DNA from: Anthoceros angustus
Lineage: Eukaryota > Plantae > Anthocerotophyta
DNA: 64,000 bases
Reading direction: 5' to 3'
NCBI GenBank assembly: GCA_010909165.1
Contig: MU008174.1
Location: 1,116,001-1,180,000, forward strand
Both the position numbers and the translations under genes were made by a program. Below are positions 46,059 to 57,899 of the stretch, in pieces. Each line of letters begins with the position of its first letter. The stretch's first letter is position 1. The notes under the pieces were generated by a model. It saw only the letters and a program-made list of their open reading frames with translations. It made no database searches and had not been told where the DNA came from.

Positions 46059-48800
46059 CCTTTGTACGCGGACCGTATGCCAAGGCCCTTATGACATGGG
46101 CGTGATCCAGCCCATCGAACCTCACCACATCACTGGTTGCGGCCTGTCATGTCATGAAGTCACGGGTATGTGGACCGGTCGTAGTGTACATTTGTCGGGC
46201 TGGCTCCATTGTTGCTGAATAAGACAATAAATACCAATGAAGGCGTGTCCTGTTGTCTGCACTAAGCCCTTTTTTGGTACCCTTGCCAATAGGCCGCTCT
46301 CCTCCGTCGGTAATTTCACCCCAAACAAGTGTGCTCGACTTGGGTGCATAGCGCTCATATACTCAAGCATAGTGCATGGCCTCCATAGCCAAATAACCTG
46401 TTGCCATGCTCCCTTCCGGACGAGCTCTTTGCCGCACATGATTTTTCAAGACTTGCATATATCGCTCGATTGGATACATCCACCGACAATGTACTGTACC
46501 ATGTGTCTCTACTTCGTCAATTAGATGTATTATGATATGTTGCATGATATTCCAGAACAATGATGGCATATGGCATTCCAGGTCCACAACCGCATCAATG
46601 GCTTCCTGTTTTTTCATTGGTATGTCAGCTGGGTTAATCTCCTTACTACATATCCATCGATAGAGAGCACTTAGCTTCACAACGGCCTTATACTCGGAGC
46701 CATCCAACCATCCTCTAAGGGCAATGGGCAAATAAAACTGAAGAAGGCAGTGCCAATCATGGCTTTTCATGCCCGTCACCTTATCCCCGCTAAAACAACG
46801 GCGCATAGATGCTCCAAAGCCTGTTGGGGGCTTTATGTTAGCGATTTCTTGCTTCACTGTCGATCTCTGGATAAGACATAAGCTGCATCGGGGAGATGCG
46901 TTTCTCCATTATCATGTACGGGCCAGTACCACGGTTTGGAGTCATATTCTTCCATGTCAATTCTTGCATTGAGGGTGTCCCACTGCCCGCTGAGTACATG
47001 CCAAAGGGCCTGGCAGTTATTGGCCTCTACATGCATGACATCCTTGGTCCACAGTTTCTCAATTCCCTGCATTCGGCAAGGGTAGGGTTATTGGTTGCGA
47101 TAAATAGTGTCACCTTGTGCGCAAACAAGGTATCCAAAGTGATAGCTTACCGGAGATATGGAAGAGCTTGAGCAACCGACAAGCCGCCTTATACCATGCC
47201 TCATCACGTCAGCTTGAGGCGGCCCACCTAGCCATTTCCTGCACCACGTCTTGCACAGATCGCGGTTGGGGTCGGGCTCTCCTTTCCGGTGCGCTGTCAA
47301 AGAAATCTGCTCGCTCCCAGCGCCAAGAATCCCCTTGGGCACACCAACGGCGGTGGCCAACATACACAATTTTGGTCAGAATGGGGCTCCAACGAGGCAT
47401 AAGTTCTTGCCCACAATCAAGACACGCCATGTATCCTCTGACCTGAATGCCAAACAAATGTCCGAGCCCCGGATAGTCGCATGTCGCAGTGACAATTGCT
47501 GCCCGCAGACAAAAGTGGCGTGAAGCATCTCCCTCAGGCCGCGACCGTCCAGTACGGGAATGCCTTGGAACAAAGTGCAAGTTCTTCCACCAGGGGCTGT
47601 AAGAAGTTGTCCAGATTTTGGACTTGTTGAGGGCCAGGTACAATCAAGGGCATCAGGATGTGATTTTTCTTGGAGGAGAGCCAAGGAGGTAGATTATGAA
47701 TCTGGAGAACAACCGGCCATATGGAATATGTGCTTGACCTATGCCCTCCCGGGTTTATGCCGTCTGTTGAAATTCCGAACCTGATGTTCCTCACTTCTTG
47801 GCCGAATTCGGCCTGCCTGTCAAGGGCCTCCCATGCCGGAGTGTCCGCCAAGATGCGGATGTGACCATCCCGGCTGCGATTCCTGGAATACCAGGTCATG
47901 AGCTCTGCCAATCTGGGGCACATGAAGATTCGTTTCAGGCGGTCCACAATTGGAAAGTAGAAGAGGGCTTTCCGGGGGATGGGCGCACTGCGGGGAGCAC
48001 CCGGCATGTGACGCGCCTCCCCACACCGTCCGCACACCAAATCCTGCGATGTTGCGCCCCAGAAAATGCCACATCCTCGGACACAAGCGTCAATCCGCTG
48101 GACAGTGTGCCCGATCTTCAACATAGTAGCTTGGGCACCTTTCTTGGTGTCGGGAAGACAGTTGCCAGGCGGGAGGGTGTTGGCCAAGAGCTGGAAAAGC
48201 GCAGTCATGCTGGAATCTGACCAGGAGAACCGGTCCTGAATGCTGAGGAGAGCCAAGATCGCAGTGAGCCGGGACGCCTTGCTGGTGGAAGGCGATTGAA
48301 TATCCCACAATGGGGTGTTGGCTTCTATCGCCAAAGCCTCTTGCCATCGATTATCGACACCTGCCAGGAAGACTTCGGTTGCCTCACCTGGGTCCTCCTC
48401 ACTACTCGTGTCACTAGCGCTTCCGTGGTGCCCTGTGCCAGGGCCTGCTTCCATATGAGGGTCTTCCCCGTCGTCGTCCGCAAGAGGGGGGTGGAGGCGA
48501 GACCGGAATTACTTCGAGTGGAGGACGCGCTCGGATGAGGACCTCCTGGCGGGTGAGCCCCTGCACATGCACAGACGGACCTTGGTCAATTTCTGCACCA
48601 TGTATTGGGGAAACGGATAACTAGCATAGATGCACATGCTGAAGGGTGGATGTAGCAATCACAGCCAGACCCGCGCTTGGAGGAATGCATCCCACTCCTG
48701 GACATGGCGCAGTGAAATATCTCCTCTGACACGGGTTCGGAAGGGAGCACACTGGGCAGAATCGATGGAATCGCTTATCGCGACATAGGCCGCCATCGCC
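46059..48800 (-). pseudogene. 5' part of the CACTA Tnp2 transposase (Transposase_21 + DUF4218-like), frameshifted
   Basis: 'FSWSDSSMTALFQLL..TLPPGNCLP', 'IDACVRGC', 'YFPIVDRLKRIF', 'RNIRFGISTDGINP', 'YSIWPV...NLPPW', 'TCDYPG', 'MKSHDWHCLLQ', 'RWMYPIERYMQVLKNHVRQRARPEGSMATGY'. Confidence 0.93.
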
Positions 48801-49209
48801 GGGCTGCAATTCTCACGCTAGCGGAGGCGAAGGAGAGGGATTTACGCATAACCTCCCTAAAGATGAGGAACTAGTTGTGTTGTGGGCACGCCGGGCGTGA
48901 CCGCGGACTGTGCCTTGCCAAATCTGCACCAGACGAATCGCCCAACGCGCCCATTCTGGCCGACACAAAATCTCTAGGCAGCCCGAGCTTAAATGGTCCG
49001 GGGCCCCACGACGCAGCAAGGGCGCAACCGGCCGGCAAAGGCCGGATGCCACCATCTGGGACGGACATCCGGACGCCCCGCTTGTTATAATTTATGGTTG
49101 CACACCGAAATGGTCGCGATAAGCGTACTGAAAGCGTCCGGAAGTACTTTGGCATGGATATGACGCAAAGGTTGCGTGTTTCCTAGGTCCGCTGGCGTGC
49201 CCCGCGCTC

Positions 49210-50610
49210 GATCCGTGGTGGCACGCCATTCTTGTTCGGATGTTATAATCGAAACTATACGGGCCGACGTCAATGCCGGCGCCTTATTGCCAGCTGCATT
49301 GTTGTAGTGAGAGTACGTGATGAGTGCCGAGATGACCCAGTGATGCACCATCCGCCACATTCTTCATGAAGATCGTGGATCCCTGAACACGAACACTCAC
49401 TGCTTCGCATGCTATAGAGCTTGTAGGCTTGGGACAGCACGAACCCCACTCCAGCCGCCTTCCACCGTGTAGATGATCTCCGTGGTCCCGGCAGGTGCGC
49501 GTTGAGCCCACCGCGAAGTCGATCCGGCGCGAAGGCCCAGAGTGTTGAGCCCGGAATACGCTCATGAATCAAGCAGTGGCGTGGCGCCACGGATCAGCTA
49601 GGCACGTAGTTTGATTAGATCGGGCTCATACCTTTATGAAGTTGACAGGTAATAACCGAAAGAAAAAACAATTGCATACGGTAAACCACACGCACTTGAT
49701 TGTGTACTTAAGCTCATCTTGTTCACTAATAAAATACTTTTTTCTCTCGTGATCGCTCCGCTTTATGGTATCGTGAGCCGGCTGCCTTCCCGCTCTTCTA
49801 AGATCGCCTACTCCGCGCTGCCGCTGGTCCGTGATCGATCCGCGGATGGAGCCCTGACGAACCGACCGCAACGGAGTCAACGATCCCGAGGATTGCGCGA
49901 TGCCCCTGCGTTTCCGATCCGTGGTGGCACGCCATTCTTGTTACGGATGTTATCCCAAACTATACTGGTAGGACGTCAATGCCGGCGCCTTATTGCCAGC
50001 ATTGTTGTAGTGAGAGTACGCGATGAGTGCCGAGATGACCCAGTGATGCACCATCCGCCACATTCTTCATGAAGATCGTGATCCCTGAACACGAACACTC
50101 ACTGCTTTGAGCAGTGCTATAGAGCTTGTAGGCTTGGGACAGCACGAACCCCACCCCCGCCTTCCACCGGTGTAGATGATCTCCGTGGTCCCGGGCGCGT
50201 GGTGCGCGGGTTGAGCCCACCGCGAAATCCACCGTGCGGCGTGCCCGTGTTGAGCCCGGAATACGCTCATGAATCCTGTTGAGCGAGTGGCACGGGCGCC
50301 ACGGATCTTAGGCACGGTTCGTAGTTTGATTAGATCGGGCTCATACCATTAGTTGATGGTAGCGCATGTAACCGTAGCAAAGCAGTTGCATAGCTGCAAC
50401 TACACGCACTTGATTGTGTACTTAAGCTCATCTTGTTCACTAATAAAATACTCTCTTTTTCTGCATCGCGCTCCGCTTTATGGTATCGGGCGGCGGCCTT
50501 CCCGCTCTTCTAAGATCGCCGGCTCCGCGTGGTCCGCATCGATCTCGCGGATGGAGCTCTGACGAACCGACCGCAACGGAGTCAACGATCCCGAGGATTG
50601 CGCGACGCCT
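49210..50610. repeat. ~0.7-kb tandem duplication spanning the CACTA right TIR, a germin fragment and the copia 5' LTR
   Basis: 'gatccgtggtggcacgccattcttgtt' at 49210 and 49916. Second TIR+AGA at 50001-50015. Second LTR/PBS at 50277-50490. Confidence 0.9.
49313..49570 (-). pseudogene. Middle piece of the disrupted germin gene A1 (first of two duplicated copies; second at 50016-50276)
   Basis: 'GLNT', 'IDFA.GG', 'GTTEIIY', 'VGFVLSQAYKLYS', 'TIFMKNVADGASLVISAL' remnants lie between the CACTA TSD and the copia LTR. Confidence 0.85.
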
Positions 50611-53600
50611 CCGCTGGCGCTCACGCGGGCCGAGCAACGCGACGCCCAAGATCGCAACTGCAGAAAGTGCGAGATGACTCGAAAGCCTCGCTCTGAAGGT
50701 CTCAGACGCCAATGAGCCCAAGAATACCTAGCAAGAACTGCATCCTCAAGATGCCCCAACATCGGAGCGACCCAAGACGGACCAACCTTCACCCCGGATT
50801 CCACCAAGCATTCTTTGAAGAGGACTACGAAGCAACCACCACACCACGACCATCGGCCCACTTTACTTCTCGTGCACAACTCAAGAAGATAGAATCTCAA
50901 GTTGAAGCCTTGCATTTGTCGCTAGCTCTCCTTGAGCAAAGAATCGATGTCCGTAGATTGAGGCCCTCCTTCATGGCATGCCGATCCTCTCCTCCGCATC
51001 ACCGCAAGAATAAAACGCTAGAGCAGCATGGCTAACCCCACGAATCAACACCACTAAGATAGATTTCGAGATGAGATCGCAACGGAGTCAACGATCCCGA
51101 GGATTGCGCGATGCCCGCTGCCGACCGGCGGCTCACGCGCCGAGCAACGCGACGCCTAAGATCAGCAATCGTAGTGCAGACAAGATAGTTCGAGCATCGT
51201 TGAAGGTCTCAGACGCCAATGAGCCCAGCAATACCTAGCAAGAACTGATCCTCGATGCCCCAACATCGGAGCGACATCAGCAAGACGGACCAACCTTCAC
51301 CTGGATTCCACCAAGCATTCTTTGAAGAGGACTACGAAGCAACCACCACACCACGACCATCGGCCCACTTTACTTCTCGTGCACAACTCAAGAAGATAGA
51401 ATCTCAAGTTGAAGCCTTGCATTTGTCGCTAGCTCTCCTTGAGCAAAGAATCGATGTCCGTAGATTGAGGCCCTCCTTCATGGCATGCCGATCCTCTCCT
51501 CCGCAGGCACCGCAGAATAAAACGCTAGAGCAGCATGGCTAACCCCACGAATCAACACCACTAAGATAGATTTCGAGATGAGATCGCAACGGAGTCAACG
51601 ATCCCGAGGATTGCGCGATGCCTCGGCGCCAGACCGGCGGCTCACGCGCCGAGCAACGCGACGCCTAAGATCAGCAATCGTAGTGCAGACAAGATAGTTC
51701 GAGCATCGTTGAAGGTCTCAGACGCCAATGAGCCCAGCAATACCTAGCAAGAACTGATCCTCGATGCCCCAACATCGGAGCGACATCAGCAAGACGGACC
51801 AACCTTCACCTGGATTCCACCAAGCATTCTTTGAAGAGGACTACGAAGCAACCACCACACACCGACATCGCCATCACGACTTCGTGCACAACTCCGCAGC
51901 ATAGAATCTCAAGTTGAAGCCTTGCATTTGTCGCTAAGGCTCTCCTTGAGCAAGAATCGATGTCTCAGATTGAGGCCCTCATGGCATGCCCCTCGATCCT
52001 CCGCAGGCACCGCAGCAATAAAACGCTAGAGCAGCCATGGCTAACCCCACGAATCAACACCACTAAGATAGATTTTGAGATGACAGATCGCCTAACTAAG
52101 CGACTTTGACATATGGGAGATGCGAGTCACCGCACTCCTAGAAGAACACGATCTAATGTCAATAATCGATTGCAGACTACCTTCGCCACCACAAATCCTC
52201 CTGACACCCGACTGACGTACCGCGAAGAAGAATTGTAGAGCACGAGCATATCGATCTCACCATAGACAAGAGCATGCTCCAAAGATACCTGTGGTCAAAG
52301 ACCGCCACGATATCCTGAAAACCTTCAAGGACATGTTCCAAGCGCAGAGCTCAATGTCACCGATCAACGCCACAAGGCAATTCTACTCATCAAGATGAAA
52401 GACACAGAGCGCCGAAAAGACATAAACGTTTTCCGGTCCTTACGGGCCAAGCTCGCCTCAAGCGGACGAGCATTATGTGCGCACCGTTGCATTATGACCT
52501 CCAGCATACCTGTGGTCAAAGACCGCTCACGATATCTCGAAAACCTTCAAGGACATGTTCCAAGCGCAGAGCTCAATGTCACCGATCAACGCCACAAGGC
52601 AATTCTACTCATCAAGATGAAAGACAGAGAGCGCCGAGCAAGACATAAACGCTTTTCCGGTCCTTACGGGCCAAGCTCGCCTGCCGGGACGAGCATTACA
52701 GTAACTCAGCGCATCATTTTGCTCGCATCTTACAGACTTTCGCCTCACAAAACTCGTGAGGCAAGCAGTCCAATCAACTACAGCAGGAACACCACCAGCC
52801 TACACTCTCGCTGAAGTCGTAGGAGCACTCCTGGAGGAGGAGTCCAGCCGCAGCAGCAACCCCCGGTCCAACACTAGACCCAACCAAGCACTTTTCGCGT
52901 CCCGCGGACGAGGCGGGAGAAGAGGCGGTGGACGCGGTGGTTTCTCATCCAGGAGAAGCCCCAACTCTCAAGGCCAATCTGCACACTATCAAGGAAACTA
53001 TCAGTCTTCCTCAAGCAATCGACCCTTTGAGCGACGGACATCGAAGGGATCTTGCAAGTGGTGCAGAATACCAGGCCACTATGAGAGTGAGTGTAGGAAA
53101 AAGATGGCAGGCGAGCCAAGGAGGGAGGCTGCCAGAAATGAGTCTCACATGACGACGTCATCAAAGATTCCAGCAGCCAACTTGATCCTTTCTGTCTGCC
53201 TCACTCTTACAAGAATGACATGCCCTGTTCTCGGATTCCGAGCCACAACTCACATCTGCAGCTGTAAGGACATGTTTACCTCATATCACAGTATCCTACA
53301 AGACCAAAGACGTTCTCCTTGAGATGAACAGCACTCGCCGAGGGAATCGAGAGTCCTTACTGTCAACCGGAGAGACCTCACTATCAACGGCATTACACGC
53401 CCCGCCATGACCAAGAACCTGCTCTCATCCGAAAACTCGCCACTGAACACGATCTGGTCATTATCTTCCAAGGTAATCACTGCACCATCAGCCACTCCAA
53501 AGACCCTCACCAAACAGCCCTTGCACACGGCTTACCCTTCAACGACCTTTATCTCCTCAATATTCAGTCCTCATCTGCCTTCCTCGTTGATAGCACTCCT

Positions 53601-56600
53601 CCTACTTCAGGAAATGAGTCGTTTCTTTGGCACTGTAGAGTAGGACACATGAACCCAAGATACCTCAACATGCTAGCAAACCCCAGTATGTACCCAGACC
53701 CAGTCAAAGTTAGGGTCCCTAAAGACTTCTTCTGTGAAATTTGCCAATACACCAAATTACATCAGTCACCCTTCAAAGACCCATCACCTACCCGTGCCTG
53801 CTGCCTTCCTGAGACCGCTCACTTGAGCGGGCCCCATGAGCACCACCTCCCTCGGCGGTCACTCTTACTTCATCACCTTCTTAGATGAGTGGAGCAGATA
53901 TTGCCACATCTATTTCCTACGACATAAGGACGAAGCACTCACCTGCTTCCAAGAGTTCATCCTCACAGCCGAGCGCCAAACAGGATTCCAGGTCACAACC
54001 CTGCGCACCGACAACGGGGGTGAGTATACAAGCAACGCCTTCCTGGCCTTCTGTAAATCCAAAGGTATTTCAAGACAACTTACTGTACCTTACATCCCCT
54101 CTCAGAATCCTTTTGCTGAACGCCTTAATCGTTCCCTGCTGGAAATTGCACGTTCCTTGCTCAAGCTAGCCGGCCTCTCTAAGGGCTACTGGGCAGAAGC
54201 CGTCTCTACTTCTAACTACTTGAAAAATAGACTCCCCACAAAAGACTTGCCCAACACTACTCCTTTTGAGAGATGGAGCGGGAACAAGCCTAGAGTCTCT
54301 CATCTTCGCATTTTTGGGAGCCCATTTGCCACATAGCGGATGAAACTCGCAAGAAGTGGGACGACAAAGGCCGCAAGCTGCTCTTCATCGGATACTCCGA
54401 TCAGGTCAAAGCCTATAAACTCTTCGACCCAGCTTCCCGAGAGGTCATTTTTTCCCGCAGTGTCCATTTTAATGAATCCCACCTTCTTCACACATACCTC
54501 CATTCCTCTCTCACATCTAATCCTCTCCCTATGCCTAGCATCCAAGGTTATCCATCCCTTGCTGAGTCCCCTCTTGACCTTGAGGGGGCCACAGACTATG
54601 CCACTGACAACCTAGTATCAGATTTTTTCCAAGTTCAAGATGCAACTCAGCAACAACCAGCACCTGTTCCCCACAGAGCACCTCCTCAACAACTAGTGCA
54701 GCCCATTCCCCCTCAGGTACTCTATCCAGAACCTCCAGACATCATCCTTCCCGAGGTAAACCCAGCACTGGCTCCTCCAGAGGTACCTGCAACAATTCAT
54801 GAGGTACCCCCTACATTGAGGCGCTCCACACGTCACCGGCCACCGAGCCATGAGTGGAGACACCCACCTCATGTCCCACGAGAGTCTTTTGCTCGCCAAG
54901 CACCAGCTCCTCCAGAGGTACCTGCCAATGCTCAACCTCATACAGATCAGCTTGAGCATGCCCTCCACCAGGCACTTTCAGCAATGGAGATGCAAGGCGT
55001 TCCCCTCTCAATAGACAAGCCTGTGAGTGGACAGCGTCATCCGAGTACGACTCACTCATATCCAACAAGACATGGAAGCTGACTGACCTACCCGCTGGGA
55101 GGAAGCCGATCTCATGCAAGTGGAAATTCAGAAGAAAACTCAACCCTGATGGAAGTGTGGCACAGTTCAAGGCCCGACTAGTTGCCCGGGGCTTCACCCA
55201 GGTGCCCGGCTTCGACTATGAGGAGAATTGGCTTTTCAGCCCAGTGGTAAAATCGACCTCCATAAGAATTCTATTAGCATTCGCAGAGACAAAGATCGCT
55301 GCGGATACATCAAGTCGACGCCAAGACAAGATTCCTCTACGGCACTCTTCATGAAGAAATATACATGTCACAACCACTGTGATTCGTGAAAGATCCGAGG
55401 AAGGTGTGCAAGCTCCTCAAGTCCTCAGACGGTTTGAAACAATCAGACAAGTCCGGAATGAGACCACACGACCTCTATCTCAAGAAGTGTGGTTTCACTC
55501 CACTCACCTCGCATACAAGTGTGTACATTCTCGTGATAAAACCAGTTCATCATCGTTACCTTGTATGTCGATAACTTCATTTTCGTAATGATCATCCTCC
55601 ATTCAAGATGTAAAGGACCCGCTTTCCAAAGAGTAATGGGTAGTGGACATGGGACCCCTTCGCTTTGCCCTAGGTGTGCGGTTTGAGCATAACCCCGCAG
55701 ATCAATCATACTTCATACATCAAGAGCACTACGTGGATCAACTCTTGAGAGATTTAATTTGAAGGACGCAAAACTGTGTCGACTCCTATCGCCACGGAGA
55801 GAAAGTCAGAAGATCGCCCAACATCACCAAGAAGTCAAGGAGATGCAAGTACCTTATAATGAAGCGGCAGCCTGTTGTATCTTTCAATATGGACAAGGCC
55901 CGACATAGCTCAAGCTGTGAACATTGCCTCCAGATACTTGTCCAATCCTGGACGAGCCCATGGGACCTGCGTGAAGCGAGTGCTTCGTTACTTGAAGGGG
56001 ACCAAGTCTCTGGGACTCGCATACAAAGTCGACCCCACAAGCAAACTCAAGTTAACATCTTACTCGGACGCAGACTGGGCAGGAGATCCCGATGCAAGGA
56101 AGTCCACAGCAGCATATTGCATGATGATCAACCCGTCGATCTCCGAGCGCAAGAAGATGCAAACAATTTGCTGCCGAGCACCAAGCGGAGTATGCTGCCA
56201 CATCACTAGCAGCAAAGGAAATATTGTGGATCAGGCAATTCCTGCGAGACATCAACGAGGATCAGTCAGAACCAACCAAGCTGCTATGTGACAATTAATC
56301 AGCGATTGCCATGACTCACAATCCGATCCTTCATGCGAGAACAAAGCACGTGGAGATTCAGCATCACTTCATTCGGCAGGTAGTGGCAAGCAAGCAGGTT
56401 CTGCTGGAATATGTGAATACAAGCGACAACATCTCCGACCTCCTCACCAAAGGTCTTCCCAAGCCCCTGCACGAGAAGCACGTTGTCGGCATCGGACTCA
56501 CAACTCGTATCGGACAATAGGCTCACAACCACCTACAGCTGGGATTGACGCTATTGGTTTCAAGTCAAGACACAGTGATCCCGAGCGAGGGGAGTGTTGA

Positions 56601-56804
56601 GCAGTGGCGGCTGGCGCTCACGGATCGGCTAGGGCACGGTTCGAGTTTGATTAGATCGGGCTCATACCCCCGGTAGTTGATGGTAGCAGTAACCCAGAAA
56701 GGAAACAGTGACAGTTGCAACTACACGCACTTGATTGTGTACTTAAGCTCATCTTGTTCACTAATAAAATACTCTCTTTTTTCTCTGCATCGCGCTCCGC
56801 TTTA
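50277..56804 (+). mobile_element. Ty1/copia LTR retrotransposon (~6.5 kb, frameshifted), inserted in germin gene A1
   Basis: ~205-210-bp LTRs (50277-50480; 56595-56804). PBS 'tggtatc' at 50481; PPT 'gagcgaggggag' at 56583-94. Gag zinc knuckle CKWCRIPGHYESEC (~53053), integrase 'FLDEWSRY...TDNGGEY...AERLNRSL', RT 'FKARLVARGFTQ', RNase H 'YSDADWAGD...KHVEIQHHFIR'. Confidence 0.93.
50572..52085. repeat. ~510-bp unit in three tandem copies in the copia 5'UTR/gag
   Basis: 'cgcaacggagtcaacgatcccgaggattgcgcga' at ~50572, ~51078 and ~51585. 'HQAFFEEDYEATTTP' recurs in the ORF track. Confidence 0.92.
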
Positions 56805-57091
56805 TCCGCTGGTAACCACTGCTCCAAGAGATTGCTTGCTTGTGTCGCCGGGTGTAACCAGGCCGGAGAACTTGAAGTCCTCGGCAATCGTGTCAGCCAC
56901 GGACTTGCACGGGAATTCGTTGACGTGGGGGTTGGGGTTGCTAGTGTCCTGGGCGACGCAGAAATCCTGCAACGGGTCGGCGTCGTTCACCAGGATGAAG
57001 CCCGGCGCAGAAGCAAGGAAGAAGAACACAGCAGCTGCCGCCTAAGCTGCACCCCTAGGCCTGCTGTTGATTGCCTCGTGTGCGCCGCCGT
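56805..57091 (-). pseudogene. N-terminal piece of the disrupted germin gene A1; start codon reads ACG
   Basis: 'FFLASAPGFILVNDADPLQDFCVAQDTSNPNPHVNEFPCKSVADTIAEDFKFSGLVTPGDTSKQSLGAVVTSG' is cut by the copia 3' LTR. The position homologous to the ATG of copy A2 is ACG (57091-57089). Confidence 0.92.
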
Positions 57092-57273
57092 CTCCAAAGG
57101 CTTAGGTTAGACAACCTTCCACAAAACTGGTGTTGAGCACTATATGCAGCTATCTGACGGAGAGCCCAGCAAATGATCGCTGAAAGGCCTTCAACCTGAG
57201 TTCGGCTGCACTTTGATTGATCTTGCAATTGTTGCCCTTGTAACTTGAAAGACAGATGTTGTAGCAAGCCTGG

Positions 57274-57545
57274 GAGAATGTTGTGAAAAAGCTCTAGCGG
57301 ACATACTCGGTTCTGGGGAGAATGTTGTGAAACAGCTCTGGCTGACATACTCGGTTCTGGAGAGAATGTTGTGAAACAGCTCCGGCTGACATACTCGGTT
57401 CTGGGGAGAATGTTGTGAAACAGCTATGGCTGACATACTCGGTTCTGGGGAGAATGTTGTGAAACAGCTCTGGCTGATATACTCGGTACTGGGGAGAATG
57501 TTGTGAAACAGCTCTGGCTGACATACTCGGTTCTAGCTCTGGCTG
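57274..57545. repeat. 44-bp minisatellite, 6 copies plus partial, in the leader of germin A1
   Basis: gagaatgttgtgaaacagctctggctgacatactcggttctggg begins at 57274, 57318, 57362, 57406, 57450 and 57494. Confidence 0.97.
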
Positions 57546-57899
57546 ACATATTCGGTTCTTGCTCTGGCTCTGGCTCTTTTATAGTAGTCAAATGTCGGAA
57601 AGATGGCGTGTCAACCTTGACTAGATACGAGCTGGGGCAAGGCTTGTCGGATATGAATTCTCTAGTGAGGCACCTGGAGGCTGGGGTGTTGGACGGCAAC
57701 TGCAGACGCGCCTTCGAGCAAATGGCCCCACAGATAGAGTCGCCACCTTTGGACTATTGTAAAATATTATATAAATAAAAGGACCAAAGTCAGCATTCCA
57801 CTGACGGCCTGACAGGACATGAAGAACGCGAATCCCGTATCTGCAAGTGTTTATCAGAGACTAGCAGAGTAATAATCATGCTGGCAACATCATATCCAC

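Larger units (their letters stand above)
28027..49309 (-). mobile_element. CACTA (En/Spm) DNA transposon, 21.3 kb including nested insertions
   Basis: Perfect 12-bp TIRs CACTACAACAAT (28027) and ATTGTTGTAGTG (ending 49309). 3-bp TSD AGA at 28024-26 and 49310-12. Internal Tnp2 transposase. Flanks rejoin into continuous germin sequence. Confidence 0.92.

Noticed and set aside
49766-49779. 'tggtatc' tRNA-complementary sequence as a tRNA gene
   Set aside because: It is the copia primer-binding site; no cloverleaf surrounds it. No tRNA or rRNA genes were recognised in the window.
57274-57545. 44-bp repeats as a CRISPR array
   Set aside because: Units are contiguous with no unique spacers, the context is eukaryotic, and there are no cas genes; it is a minisatellite.
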